Shown: positions 10,955 through 22,304 of the stretch, piece by piece | Numbering within the stretch: the first letter of the stretch is position 1 | Layout of the letters: each line of letters starts with the position of its first letter | NCBI GenBank assembly: GCA_038523235.1 | Contig: JBCBJQ010000007.1 | Coordinates: 1-64,000 of the forward strand | From: Cyanobacteria bacterium J06626_4 | GTDB lineage: Bacteria > Cyanobacteriota > Cyanobacteriia > Phormidesmidales > Phormidesmidaceae | Direction: 5' to 3' | Length of the DNA stretch: 64,000 nucleotides | Notes under the pieces: model-generated | Database searches by the model: none | What the model saw: the letters and a program-made list of their open reading frames with translations, nothing else | What the model was told of the DNA's origin: nothing | Translations under genes and position numbers: made by a program

Positions 10955-12050
10955 CAGGACAGATTTTGATTTTGGTCTTTATGGGCGCTAGGATTCTTCC
11001 GATTTAAATCATGAGATCTTCAGACATCATCCCAGCAATATTGAGCTTTGTTGGAATACTAAATTCCAACCGTCTCTACAACGACAGGTAAGCTAATGAA
11101 TTCCAGGCTGCAGAAATTGAGGTCATAAAAGAACGCAGGCTGATGGCGAACTTTCGGTCAGATGAGATAGCTGACACCCATACGGGCACGAAACTATTCT
11201 AGAAGTGCTATATGAAGTCGAGACAAAGCTTTAGACATCAGGAATTTTACGTTTTTATTGTATTTCAGTTAAGTTTTGTCAAGCATTTTTAATCAGTTGT
11301 GCTGTTTTGCTTTTGACTCATTATTCCCTCGAAAGATATTGAATACAGCATTTTCGTTTCAGGTGAGGGCTGCTCGCTTCTCTAGCATCAAAGAATTCGA
11401 GGTGATTTAGTCTCTCACTGGATTTAGAAATGCTGTATCAATGAATCGATCACTTTGGCTCTGCTGTATCAGTCTGAGAGTCAATTTTTAGGGTAGTGCA
11501 GTTGTTGACTCCATAGCAGATAACTATTGCCCTGATTGCCAACATTGCAGTTTGGATCAGAGTTGAGGGATTTTGATATTTTGATCGGGTTCACCGGCCG
11601 ATCGCTAGTGAATTTACTGACTCAATATTCCACTCACTTTCTGAGTAGGTTGGCGTGAGTCTTAGACAACAAGTTAAATTATCTGGTCTTGTCGAATGGC
11701 TCAAAGATTGACTGCCGCACGATATCTCAATTCAACAAAGTTTCTCATCGCTGGGGATCACGGATGAGGCTTAGTAACGGCTAATCAACAGTGGATATAA
11801 TTTGGGGCGAGTCGCCATTTGAAATAAGCGATTGCGTTGCAGAGTCGTAGAAATGAGCGATCGCCAGTCTCCTAAAACAGGGACATCTTTGGGGCGCTGA
11901 ATTGACTCGCCGCAGGCTCGACCCGACTCAATCGTGTCGGTTAGATAGGGTGGATGCCGCTACCTGATATCATGCCGCACAATGCAGGATGTTCGTCTCA
12001 GGCCCAGATCGTAGGCGTCTGTTAGTGATGTCTTTTAGCTAAGAAAGTCG

Positions 12051-13886
12051 ATGCCTCAATTTTTGGGGGAGAGAAAATGGCGCGTGAGCCAGCCCATCGC
12101 CCTGTCGGTCTGGGTGAGCGTCTTCGCCGTCTTGGCGCCAGCTGGCTGGGCGGCACCCTTGCCACCGGTGAATTCCCGACGCCCTGCTGCTACGTTCGCT
12201 CAAATTCTGGAAGACCTGCCGAGGACGCCGACCGAGCTACCGCCCGAACCAGATGCCCCGATTCTGGAAGACTTGCCGAGGACGCCGCCTGAGCCACCGC
12301 CGGAACCAGCCCCCCTACCTCGACTGCCGGCACCAGACGACCTGCTAGAGCCGACTGTCCCGAGTCCACCCCCAACAGACGCCATCCCCATTGAAGAATC
12401 CTTTGATATTGACCGTTACGACGTGCTGGGCAGCACCGTATTTTCTGACGCGGAACTCGCCGCGGTGACGGCAGACTTTGCGGGGGATGAGCGCACCTTT
12501 GGCGATATTTTGAATGCCCGCTCGGCAGTGACAGATCTCTATGTCAGCAGAGGCTACATCACGTCAGGGGCGATCGTGCCGCCGCAATCGTTTGAAGACG
12601 GCGGAGTGGTAGAAATTCAAGTGATTGAGGGCCGTTTAGAAGACATTCAAATCACCGGTACACAGCGATTAAATCCTGGCTATATCAGCAGTCGTCTGGC
12701 GCTCAAATCGGCCCCGCCGCTGCAACAAGATCAGCTCTTAGAGGGCTTGCAGTTGCTGCAGCTAGATCCGCTGATCGAGACCATTTCTGCTGATTTGCAG
12801 GCGGGCGCTCTCCCCGGCACGAATTTACTCGTGGTCACGGTGACCGAAGCCGCGACCTTTGAGGCCAATTACAGGTTCGATAATAATCGCTCGCCAAGTG
12901 TGGGTACGCTGCGGCATCAGGGCCGGTTGACGGAAGCCAACTTGACGGGCTGGGGCGATCGCCTGACGATCGCCATCAACGGCACCTCAGGCAGTCGTGA
13001 GCTGTCGCTAGACTACACAGTGCCGATTAATCCCCACAATGGTTCTCTCAGGGTTCGAGGCACTTTTACGAATAGCCGGGTGATCGAAGAATCGTTTGAG
13101 GCTCTCGACATTTCCTCAGTATCCAATGCTTACGAAATTACGGTGCGACAACCGCTCATTCAAAGCCCCACTGAGGAATTTGCGTTGGGGTTGACGGCTG
13201 CCCATGAAAATAGTCAGACCTTTTTGGGCATTGCGGATATTGGCGGCTTTCCGCTCTCGGTCGGGGCGGATGATGACGGCAAAACACGGGTGTCGGCGCT
13301 GCGTTTTTTTCAGGAGTGGAGTCGCCGTGATAGCGAGCAGGTCATCGCCGTGCGATCGCAGTTTAACCTCGGCCTTGATGTCTTTAATGCCACGGTTAAC
13401 GATGATGGCCCGGATGGTCAGTTTTTTGCCTGGCAGGGACAGGCCCAGTGGGTGCGCTTGCTGGCTCCAGACACCACATTGCTGGTACGCGGTGGTGCCC
13501 AACTCACACCGGATGACCTGCTAGGGCTAGAACGCTTTGGCCTCGGGGGGCAGCAAACCGTTCGGGGCTATCGACAAGACCAGCTCTTGACCGACAATGC
13601 GTTACTGGGCGGAATCGAAGTGCGCGTGCCGGTCTATCGCGATCGCGACCAAGAACTGCAGCTTCTATTAGCCCCTTTCATCGACATCGGACATGGTTGG
13701 AATGTCTCTGGGGCCAATCCCGCCAACAACACGCTGCTCTCTACTGGCGCCGGGCTGATTTTTACGCTGTCTGATCGCTTCAATGCTCGCCTAGATTGGG
13801 GGATTCCGCTGCTGGCCAACGACTCAGAAGGCGATTCTTTGCAAGCCGGTGGCCTCTACTTCACCTTTGACCTATCGCTCTTCTAA
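12051..13886 (+). CDS. ShlB/FhaC/HecB-family two-partner secretion outer-membrane transporter (TpsB)
   Basis: Signal peptide, Pro-rich linker, POTRA motifs (LYVSRGYITSGA, VIEGRLEDI), beta-barrel VRGY motif, C-terminal Phe. Confidence 0.92.
   Translation: MPQFLGERKWRVSQPIALSVWVSVFAVLAPAGWAAPLPPVNSRRPAATFAQILEDLPRTPTELPPEPDAPILEDLPRTPPEPPPEPAPLPRLPAPDDLLEPTVPSPPPTDAIPIEESFDIDRYDVLGSTVFSDAELAAVTADFAGDERTFGDILNARSAVTDLYVSRGYITSGAIVPPQSFEDGGVVEIQVIEGRLEDIQITGTQRLNPGYISSRLALKSAPPLQQDQLLEGLQLLQLDPLIETISADLQAGALPGTNLLVVTVTEAATFEANYRFDNNRSPSVGTLRHQGRLTEANLTGWGDRLTIAINGTSGSRELSLDYTVPINPHNGSLRVRGTFTNSRVIEESFEALDISSVSNAYEITVRQPLIQSPTEEFALGLTAAHENSQTFLGIADIGGFPLSVGADDDGKTRVSALRFFQEWSRRDSEQVIAVRSQFNLGLDVFNATVNDDGPDGQFFAWQGQAQWVRLLAPDTTLLVRGGAQLTPDDLLGLERFGLGGQQTVRGYRQDQLLTDNALLGGIEVRVPVYRDRDQELQLLLAPFIDIGHGWNVSGANPANNTLLSTGAGLIFTLSDRFNARLDWGIPLLANDSEGDSLQAGGLYFTFDLSLF
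12204..12310 (+). repeat. 57-bp tandem duplication in the Pro-rich linker of TpsB
   Basis: ATTCTGGAAGAC(C/T)TGCCGAGGACGCCG at 12204 and 12261 (ILEDLPRTP twice). Confidence 0.85.
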
Positions 13887-14235
13887 CCCAACAGCCACAG
13901 AGGAAAAGCGCGCTTCAGCCCTCTAAATTCGGGCTTCAGCAAGGTGGTGCCAGTTCGGTTACCAGTGCAAATTACCAGTTCAAAGTTTTATGCTCAGACC
14001 GCCCAGCGGGCCTGAGCCTAGTGCTATACCAGTTATCGGGTGCTTCAGAGGGATCGTTTCACACCACAGAGGTTACGCTGCCCTCAGTTGAGCCGGGCTC
14101 AACTGCCCATGCCACCACAACCACTTGTGGGGTATGCCGCTAGCCCAATCCAGACCAGAAAACTTGTCAAATCCCCGCTCAATCCGCTAGTCGCTATCCC
14201 TACAAACTCGCCTCAATTCCAGTGAGGATAGTCTG

Positions 14236-17200
14236 ATGCTGTTGCTACCCTGCAAACCTTTCGGGCTCTTCGTGGGTCTGGTAGTTGTCGCATTGCCAAC
14301 GCCAATCTGGGCCAAGACAGAAGCTGTGCTCATTGCCCAGATTGAGCCAGACTCTTCTTTAGGCACCGACGCTTCGGTCGTCACGCCAGAGGTTCTCCTG
14401 CGCGGCGAACTGGCTGATGAAATCAGCGGCGGTGCCATCCGAGGCGAAAATCTTTTCCACAGCTTTGCCGAATTCAACGTTCTGCCAGATCAGCGAGTTT
14501 ACTTTGCCAATCCCATCGGCATCGAAAATATCCTGAGTCGGATCACCGGGGGCAATCTTTCTAATATTGATGGCCTGTTAGGGGTCGATGGTGCGGCCAA
14601 CTTGTTCTTGATGAACCCCAACGGCATCCTCTTTGGCCCCAACGCTCGCTTAGACATTGAGGGCTCTTTTACCGCCACCACTGCAGATAGCATTGGGTTC
14701 CATGACGGCAGCGAGTTTAGCGCTGTCCCGACGGACAATGAACTACTGACGGTGAGCGTGCCGCTGGGGGTTCAGTTCAACGCTGTGGCCCAGGGCGATA
14801 TTACTCAGCAGGGGGATTTGGCCGTAGGTGCGGGGGAAACCCTGACGCTGTTTGGCGATACGGTGCTCAACAACGGTGCCCTCACGGCAGCGGGCGGTAA
14901 AGTCCAACTATTGGGTAACCAAGTCGGCTTGGTGGATGCGGCGACGGTCGATGTCTCGTCAGCCACGGGCGGGGGCACCGTGTTGATCGGGGGGGATTAC
15001 CTGGGCGAGGGCACCCTACCCAATGCGAACACTACCCTAATCGAAGCCGGTGCCACCATTCATGCGGATGCGCGACAGACCGGCGATGGCGGGCGAGTAA
15101 TTGTGTGGGCCGATGACGCAACTCAGTTCGCCGGTCGCATTAGCGCCCAGGGCGGCCATGACAGCGGCAATGGTGGCTTCGTTGAAGTTTCGGGTAGGCA
15201 AGCACTGGACTTTACCGGCACGGTGAATACCCAAGCGGTGAATGGCATCGTGGGGCAGCTCTTGCTTGACCCAGCCAATATTGTCATTGCTGATACCCCG
15301 CCACCAGGCAGTATTACCGTCGGGCTTGGGGATGGCGTGTTTGCGGATCTGATCTACGCTGCGACGGAGGATCCGGGGCAAACCAGTCACTTAACGCCCG
15401 CCACGATCGAAGCGCTCCTGGCGGCGAATGATCTGACGTTAGTGGCCGACAATGCGATCGCTGTTCTGAGTAATGTCGCGGCCAATAGCGACAACGACCT
15501 AACGCTGAATGCGGGGACAATCGGCGTCATTGGTGCGGTGTTACGGCAGTCTGGCGGCGGCAGCATTATTTTAGAAACTCCCCAAACGCTAGGTAATGGG
15601 GTGGCAGTTGGTCTTGGCATAGTGGATACGAGTCCGTTACCGGGGTCGACCAACGCTGGCGGCAATATCCAAATTACGACCCATGATTTGGCGGTTTTGA
15701 ATAACGGCTCTGTTAGTGCTAGTACGCTGGGTGCTGGCGATACCGGTCAGGTACAAATCAATGCCACGGGAGATGTAATTGTTGATGGCCCCAGTGCTGC
15801 GATCGCCAACATCGTGTTTCCGGGGGCGACGGGCGATAGTGGCGGCATCGCCCTGTCGACCAATCGCTTATCAGTGTTGAACGGGGCTGAAGTGAACGCC
15901 AGTAACTTTGGCGACGGCGATGCGGGCCAGGTGCAGATCACGGCTACGGGAGATGTGCTCGTTGATGGTCCCGGTTCCCGGATTGCTAGCCAAGTAAATC
16001 TTGGTGCAACGGGCAATAGTGGCGGCATCGTCCTCTCGACTAATAACCTATCGGTACTCAATGATGCTGCAGTGAGTGCCAGTACCTTTAGCGCGGGCAA
16101 TGCCGGTCGAGTAGAGATTGATGCCATGGGGGATGTGATTGTTGATGGTGCCCGAATTGACAGCACAGTGGCGGCTGGTGCAACGGGGGATAGTGGCGGC
16201 ATTGTGCTCTCTACCACCAACCTTGAGGTGCTTAATGAGGCTCTACTGATTACCAATACCTTTGGTGATGGCAATGCCGGTCAGGTGCAAATTGAGGCTA
16301 CGGGGAATGTGCGCGTCGATGGCACCAATGCTGCGATTGCAAGCCAAGTCGGATCGGGGACGACAGGGAATGGTGGCGGCATTCTGATTTTGACCAACAA
16401 CCTATCAGTGCTCAATGATGCTGCCGTGAGTGCAGCTACTTTTGGAGCTGGTAATGCAGGTCAAGTCGCAATTACGGCCACAGGGGATGTGCTCGTCAAT
16501 GCCGATGCCGTGATTGATAGCTCGGTGTCTCCAGGGGGAACGGGCGATAGCAACGGCATTGTCCTCTCGGCTGATAACTTATCGGTGCTCAATGGCTCTG
16601 CACTCAATGCCAGTACGGTGGGCGATGGGAATGCGGGCCGGGTGGAAATTAATGTCACAGAGGACATTCGCCTCGTCGATGGCTTGATTGGCAGCGCCGT
16701 ACTGCCGGGTGCGACGGGGGATAGTGGCGGCATTGTGCTCTCAACAAATAACCTAACGCTGTTAAATGCCGCTGAAATCAACACCAGTACCGGTGGCGAG
16801 GGCAATGCCGGTTCGATCACGGTTACGGCCACTGGTGATGTGCTCGTCGATGGCGTCGATTCGTTTATTGGCAGCATCGTGTTTTTTGACGCCACGGGTG
16901 ATAGCGAGGGCATTGTGCTCTCGACCAATGCTTTGAGCGTCAGTAATGGCGGTGTCGTGAGTGCGGATACCTTTGCTCAAGGCAGTGCCGGGAATATCTT
17001 GGTGCGTTCTTTACCGGCGGGCAACCTGGACATCGCTCTGAACGGGGGACAGATTCAGGCGCGCACGCAAAGCGCTAGCCCTGGCGGTAACCTGACGCTG
17101 CAGACCGCTGGCGACCTGACAGTTCAAGGCCCTGGGGAAATCTCGGTCGAAAGTCTAGAGGTCAATTCCGGCGCGGCGGGCACGCTCAATGTGTTGGCCG

Positions 17201-18033
17201 ATAATACTGTGGTGCTCGATGGCAGGGTGGAACTCTCTGCCCAAACGGCTGCTGTTACCGGCGGCGGCACCGTCAACTTTGTCGTGGGCGATGCCCTGGC
17301 GATGCGTCGCGGTAGCTTGATTAATGCCGAATCGACCAATCCCGATAGCGGTGACGGCGGCAATATCTTCATTGATACTGACTTCTTAGTGAGTGTGCCC
17401 GGAGAAAATAACGACATCATTGCCAATGCGATCGGGGGCGATGGCGGGCGAGTCGAGGTGAATGCCGTCAACATTTTTGGCTTTAGTGAAAGTCAGGGCT
17501 TGACCACCAATGAGTTACGGGCCAACACGACTAACGACCTCAGTGCGAGCTCGGCCCAGGGCGTCGAGGGCGAGATCACGCTGAACACACTGAATCTTGA
17601 CCCCAGTAGTGGATTAGGCACCTTGCCTGAGGGGCCGATTGACGCCTCCCAGTTGATTGAGCAAACCCTCTGCGAAGTGGGGCAGGGCAGCAATTTTGTC
17701 ATCACGGGACGGGGCGGGCTCCCCAGTGCCCCCGCCGATGCTTTGGGGGAAGTGACGCCGTGGGAAGACTGGAATTTTGCTGAGAACACGGCATTTGATC
17801 TGCCTGCAACCGCCCTTGAGAGTGAGGCGATCGCCCCGGCTGTCCCCCCCCTAGTGGAAGCCCAAGGGGCGATGCGAGCTGAGGATGGTCGCATTGTGTT
17901 ATCGGCTGAGGCGGCCTCAGTAACCCCGACGGCCTCGGTACCCCTGAGCCGGAGTTGTCGGACAGTGCCGCCAGGGGTGCCGTCGTCCGATCGCTCCCCA
18001 ACCCCCTCATCACCTGATGAGGGCACCCCATGA
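14236..18033 (+). CDS. Filamentous haemagglutinin-like TpsA exoprotein with beta-helix repeats
   Basis: NLFHSF, NPNGILFG TPS domain; about seven repeats of GDSGGIVLSTNNLSVLN..GNAG; C-terminal FVITGRGGLP..LVEAQG. Confidence 0.92.
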   Translation: MLLLPCKPFGLFVGLVVVALPTPIWAKTEAVLIAQIEPDSSLGTDASVVTPEVLLRGELADEISGGAIRGENLFHSFAEFNVLPDQRVYFANPIGIENILSRITGGNLSNIDGLLGVDGAANLFLMNPNGILFGPNARLDIEGSFTATTADSIGFHDGSEFSAVPTDNELLTVSVPLGVQFNAVAQGDITQQGDLAVGAGETLTLFGDTVLNNGALTAAGGKVQLLGNQVGLVDAATVDVSSATGGGTVLIGGDYLGEGTLPNANTTLIEAGATIHADARQTGDGGRVIVWADDATQFAGRISAQGGHDSGNGGFVEVSGRQALDFTGTVNTQAVNGIVGQLLLDPANIVIADTPPPGSITVGLGDGVFADLIYAATEDPGQTSHLTPATIEALLAANDLTLVADNAIAVLSNVAANSDNDLTLNAGTIGVIGAVLRQSGGGSIILETPQTLGNGVAVGLGIVDTSPLPGSTNAGGNIQITTHDLAVLNNGSVSASTLGAGDTGQVQINATGDVIVDGPSAAIANIVFPGATGDSGGIALSTNRLSVLNGAEVNASNFGDGDAGQVQITATGDVLVDGPGSRIASQVNLGATGNSGGIVLSTNNLSVLNDAAVSASTFSAGNAGRVEIDAMGDVIVDGARIDSTVAAGATGDSGGIVLSTTNLEVLNEALLITNTFGDGNAGQVQIEATGNVRVDGTNAAIASQVGSGTTGNGGGILILTNNLSVLNDAAVSAATFGAGNAGQVAITATGDVLVNADAVIDSSVSPGGTGDSNGIVLSADNLSVLNGSALNASTVGDGNAGRVEINVTEDIRLVDGLIGSAVLPGATGDSGGIVLSTNNLTLLNAAEINTSTGGEGNAGSITVTATGDVLVDGVDSFIGSIVFFDATGDSEGIVLSTNALSVSNGGVVSADTFAQGSAGNILVRSLPAGNLDIALNGGQIQARTQSASPGGNLTLQTAGDLTVQGPGEISVESLEVNSGAAGTLNVLADNTVVLDGRVELSAQTAAVTGGGTVNFVVGDALAMRRGSLINAESTNPDSGDGGNIFIDTDFLVSVPGENNDIIANAIGGDGGRVEVNAVNIFGFSESQGLTTNELRANTTNDLSASSAQGVEGEITLNTLNLDPSSGLGTLPEGPIDASQLIEQTLCEVGQGSNFVITGRGGLPSAPADALGEVTPWEDWNFAENTAFDLPATALESEAIAPAVPPLVEAQGAMRAEDGRIVLSAEAASVTPTASVPLSRSCRTVPPGVPSSDRSPTPSSPDEGTP

Positions 18034-20729
18034 ACCAGTGGCTGCGCTTATTGTTGTCGTGCTGGCTAGGCCTCGGGTTGAGCCTGGGATGGGGCTATCT
18101 GGCCGCGGGTGGGGGATACCCGGCCTTTGCCCAAGCATCACCGATCGCCTTCGTACAGGCCGGTCAAGCCGCCTACGATGCCCAGCAGTTTACCGAGGCT
18201 AATGAGCAACTGCAGCAAGCGGTGGCTGGTTTTGCGACGGCGGGCGATCGCCCCCAACAGGCCCAAGCCCTGGCGCTGCAATCCCTCGTGTTGCAAAAAC
18301 TGGGGCAGTGGGATGCCGCCCAAGCTACCCTGGACGAGAGTTGGGCAATTTTAGACGCGCTGGCTGAGGCTCCATCGCGGCTGGTGGCTCAGGTCTTGAA
18401 TACTCAGGGACAACTGTACCTAGCTACCGGGCAATCGGTCGACGCCTTGACGACGTGGGAGCAGGCAGAAGCCGCCTATCGCGAGGCTGACGATCTGGCC
18501 AGCGCTTTAGGCAGTCAAATCAATCAGGTGCAGGCGATGCAGGCGATCGGGCTCTATCGCCGCGCCGGCCAGACCTTGGAGGCGATCGCCCAGCAGTTTG
18601 ACACCCAGGCTCCCTCCCCGATTAAAGCCAAGGGACTGCTCAGCTTCGGTAATCTCCTCAGACTGCGGGGTGAATTCACCGATGCCCGCACCCTCCTGTC
18701 GGAAGGGCTAGCCCTGGCCACCTCGCTGAATTTGCCAGAAGACGTGGCCCAGTTTCATCTCAGTTTGGGCAATACCGAACGGGTCGCTGCCGCCCGGGCC
18801 ACTGCGCTCGGTGATCGCGCCACGGCGACCACCGCCCGTCAGGCCGCCCTCAGCGCCTATGCCGCCGCCGCCGACAGTGCGGTTTCTCCTTTTACCCAGG
18901 TGCAGGCGACACTCAATCAACTCAGCTTGTTAGTGGATGAGCAGCGCTGGGACGATGCACAAAGACTCATCCCCGCGATCGCCAATGCCCTGCCCACGTT
19001 GTTGCCCAGCCGCGCAGGCGTGTATGCCCAAGTCAACTTTGCCCACACGTTGATAGTGTTCAGCCAGTCCCAGCCGGTCGCGCCAGAGTTGGATATATCG
19101 GTACCGAAACTGTTATCTACCGCGATCGCCCAAGCGCAACAAATCGAGGATGAGCGGGCGATCGCCTATGCGATCGGCACCCTGGGCACCTGGCATGAGC
19201 AGCAGGCGGACTGGGCAACAGCCAAAAGCCTCACCGCCGAAGCCCTGCAAACGGCGCAAAAGATTCGCGCGCCCGACATTGCTTATCAGTGGCAATGGCA
19301 ACTGGGTCGCCTCTTTCAAGCGGCGGCTGACGCTCAGTATCAAACAGCTGGGGGCACATCCTCCTCAGCGCTTTATTCACCCGCTGATCCAGAGGCGATT
19401 CGCTACTACAGCGTCACGGTCGAAACCCTGGATAATCTGCGAAGTGAGCTGGTCGCGCTGAATCCCGATGTGCAATTTTCCTTTCGGGAAACGGTGGAAC
19501 CCATCTACCGGCAATTAGTGGATTTGCTGCTCCGAGCCGAGACCCCCACTGCCAATGCTTTAGACCAGGCCCGCGAGGTGATTGAGTCGCTGCAGTTGGC
19601 TGAACTCGACAATTTCTTTCAAGATGCTTGCCTGGTGGCTACGCCGGTCGAACTGGATCAGGTGGATGCCAATGCCTTGGTGATTTATCCCATCATGCTG
19701 CCGGATCGGTTGGAAATCATTACCAGTATGCCGGGGCGATCGCTCCGGCATACGATGGTGCCTATCAACACTGCCCAGCTCAATCGCACCTTGGATACTC
19801 TGCGAGCGGCGATTTCGTTTCCCAATGCGGTGAATCGTGCGGCTACTGCTCGGGGCATTGGGGTCGTGATTGGTGAAGCCCGCGATGAAGCCGCCCCCCA
19901 AGATTATCTACCACTTGCCCAACAGCTCTATGACTGGCTGATTCGCCCCCTTGAGGCCCAGCTTCAGCAGGTGAACCCCGAGGCTTTGGTATTTGTCCTG
20001 GATGGCACCTTGCGCAACTTGCCCATGTCGGTACTGAACGATGGGGAAGAGTTTTTAGTCGAAAAGTATGCGATCGCCCTCACCCCCGGCCTGCAGCTGA
20101 TCGAACCGCGCCCCTTGGCAGAACAAGATCTGCAAGCGCTCGTCGTGGGCCTAAGTGAAGCCAGAGACGGCTTCAGTGCGCTGCCCAATGTCGAAACTGA
20201 GGTGGCGGCTATTCAAATGCAGGTGCCCGGTGAGGTGCTGTTGAACGAGGGCTTTGAGAAGGCCGAATTTGCCACACAGCTGACGGAATCCTCGTTTCCC
20301 ATCGTCCACATGGCCACCCACGGTCAATTTAGCTCTGACCCGGAGCAGACCTTCATTTTGGCCTGGGATGACCGTATCCAAGCCGCTGAATTTGGCAGCC
20401 TTTTGCAGCAGGGCGAGCGCCAGCGCGACAACGCAGTCGAACTGCTGGTACTCAGTGCTTGTGAAACGGCGGCGGGCGATGACCGAGCGGCACTGGGGTT
20501 AGCTGGAGTGGCGGTGCGATCTGGCGCACGCAGTACGCTAGCTACACTGTGGTTGGTGGATGATGCGGGCACCTCTGTGCTCATGGCTGACCTGTACCAA
20601 CAACTGCAAGACACGACGCTCACCAAAGCCGCCGCCCTGCGCCAAGCGCAATTACAGTTGCTCAGCAATGAGCAGTACCAGCACCCATTCTTTTGGGCAC
20701 CGTTTGTGTTGATTGGCAATTGGCTATGA
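18030..20729 (+). CDS. Secreted TPR + CHAT (caspase-like, clan CD) protein
   Basis: Signal-like N-terminus, TPR-like helices, HMATHGQF (His) and LSACETAAG (Cys), C-terminal HPFFWAPFVLIGNWL; ATGA overlap with tpsA. Confidence 0.92.
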   Translation: MNQWLRLLLSCWLGLGLSLGWGYLAAGGGYPAFAQASPIAFVQAGQAAYDAQQFTEANEQLQQAVAGFATAGDRPQQAQALALQSLVLQKLGQWDAAQATLDESWAILDALAEAPSRLVAQVLNTQGQLYLATGQSVDALTTWEQAEAAYREADDLASALGSQINQVQAMQAIGLYRRAGQTLEAIAQQFDTQAPSPIKAKGLLSFGNLLRLRGEFTDARTLLSEGLALATSLNLPEDVAQFHLSLGNTERVAAARATALGDRATATTARQAALSAYAAAADSAVSPFTQVQATLNQLSLLVDEQRWDDAQRLIPAIANALPTLLPSRAGVYAQVNFAHTLIVFSQSQPVAPELDISVPKLLSTAIAQAQQIEDERAIAYAIGTLGTWHEQQADWATAKSLTAEALQTAQKIRAPDIAYQWQWQLGRLFQAAADAQYQTAGGTSSSALYSPADPEAIRYYSVTVETLDNLRSELVALNPDVQFSFRETVEPIYRQLVDLLLRAETPTANALDQAREVIESLQLAELDNFFQDACLVATPVELDQVDANALVIYPIMLPDRLEIITSMPGRSLRHTMVPINTAQLNRTLDTLRAAISFPNAVNRAATARGIGVVIGEARDEAAPQDYLPLAQQLYDWLIRPLEAQLQQVNPEALVFVLDGTLRNLPMSVLNDGEEFLVEKYAIALTPGLQLIEPRPLAEQDLQALVVGLSEARDGFSALPNVETEVAAIQMQVPGEVLLNEGFEKAEFATQLTESSFPIVHMATHGQFSSDPEQTFILAWDDRIQAAEFGSLLQQGERQRDNAVELLVLSACETAAGDDRAALGLAGVAVRSGARSTLATLWLVDDAGTSVLMADLYQQLQDTTLTKAAALRQAQLQLLSNEQYQHPFFWAPFVLIGNWL

Positions 20730-21022
20730 GTCCATCGGGCAATTAGCCTGGCCTGGGTCAAAACAAGCTGCCGGCAATGACAAGCATCGATTTTCCGGTC
20801 ACTGCCAAGTTCTCCGCCCGCGACACCGTCAAGATCTGTGCCCTGGGCTGGCGATCGCCAGCCGTCATTCCTTTAACGGCGCACAACAGCGGCAGAATGC
20901 CTTGGTCGATGGCTTACATTCCTTGCCACCACAAGGTTGCACTAAATCTGTAATTCTGTGCAGCCAAAATTGCCCAAGTCTGCAAAAATAGGAGCCTTGT
21001 GAGTTTCGCTAGGTAACGGGCT

Positions 21023-22228
21023 ATGGGTCGAGCAGAAAGAGTCGTTCTGGCATATTCCGGGGGCGTCGATACCACCGTTTGCATCCCCTACTTAAAGAAC
21101 GAATTTGGCGTTAAAGAAGTCATCACGCTCGCTGCCGACTTGGGCCAGGGTGAAGATTTAGAACCCATTCGCCAAAAAGCTCTCAAAGCCGGGGCCTCTG
21201 AGTCTTTGGTCGTGGATGCCAAAGAGGCGTTGGTCAAGCGCTATGCTATCCCCGCGATCAAAGCGAATGCCCTGTACGAAAATCGCTATCCTCTCTCGAC
21301 CGCGTTAGCTCGACCGCTGATTGCCAAACTCTTAGTCGAAGCGGCTGACCAGTGTGGCGCCGATGCGGTGGCCCACGGCTGCACCGGCAAAGGCAACGAC
21401 CAAGTGCGGTTTGACGTCTCGATCGGGGCCCTTAACCCCGACCTCAAGGTCTTGGCCCCCGCCCGGGAATGGGGCATGAGCCGCGAAGAGGCGATCGCCT
21501 ATGGCGAAAGCTTCGGCCTCACCTTTGCGGTGAAAAAGTCTTCGCCCTACAGCATCGACTACAACCTATTGGGCCGCAGCATTGAGGCTGGCCCGCTCGA
21601 AAATCCTTGGACGGAGCCGCTGGCAGAAGTGTTCGCCATGACGAAGGCGATCGCCGATACGCCTGATAAACCGGAATACGTCGAAATTGAGTTCACCACT
21701 GGGGAGCCGACGGCCCTCAACGGGGAAGCGATGGAACTCACGACTCTCTTGCAAAAGCTCAACGTCATTGCGGGCGGACACGGCTTTGGCCGCATCGACA
21801 TGATCGAAAATCGGCTTGTCGGCATCAAATCTCGCGAAATTTATGAAGCGCCTGCCCTCCTCTTATTAATTGCGGCGCACCAAGATTTAGAAAGCCTGAC
21901 CCTGACTGCCGACGTCACCCAATACAAGCGCAGCATCGAAGAAACCTATAGCCGCCTGGTCTACAACGGCCTCTGGTATAGCCCCTTGAAATCATCTCTG
22001 GATGCGTTTGTTGAGCACACCCAAGAATATGTCTCTGGCTCAGTGCGAATTAAGCTGCACAAAGGCAATGCCCAAATTGTGGGCCGCCAGTCAGAAAATG
22101 CGCTCTACAGCGAAGCTTTAGCCACCTATGGGGCCGATGACTCGTTCGACCATCGAGCCGCCGAAGGGTTTATCTATGTCTGGGGCTTGCCGACACGCAT
22201 CTGGTCCGATCGGCTAGGGGAAGAGTAG
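21023..22228 (+). CDS. argG: Argininosuccinate synthase
   Basis: [37 protein letters not shown]. Confidence 0.97.
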   Translation: MGRAERVVLAYSGGVDTTVCIPYLKNEFGVKEVITLAADLGQGEDLEPIRQKALKAGASESLVVDAKEALVKRYAIPAIKANALYENRYPLSTALARPLIAKLLVEAADQCGADAVAHGCTGKGNDQVRFDVSIGALNPDLKVLAPAREWGMSREEAIAYGESFGLTFAVKKSSPYSIDYNLLGRSIEAGPLENPWTEPLAEVFAMTKAIADTPDKPEYVEIEFTTGEPTALNGEAMELTTLLQKLNVIAGGHGFGRIDMIENRLVGIKSREIYEAPALLLLIAAHQDLESLTLTADVTQYKRSIEETYSRLVYNGLWYSPLKSSLDAFVEHTQEYVSGSVRIKLHKGNAQIVGRQSENALYSEALATYGADDSFDHRAAEGFIYVWGLPTRIWSDRLGEE

Positions 22229-22304
22229 TCTGCTCGCATTTCTCGGGGCTGTCATCCGTTCAGTCAAAGACTGGCCGAGAATTTTTAGCTAGCCCTACCT
22301 AGCC

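Noticed and set aside
14024..14145. Fourth copy of the 120-bp element (CTATACCAGTT)
   Set aside because: Only a partial left-end match; no right terminus or GACTACA/TGTAGC motifs.
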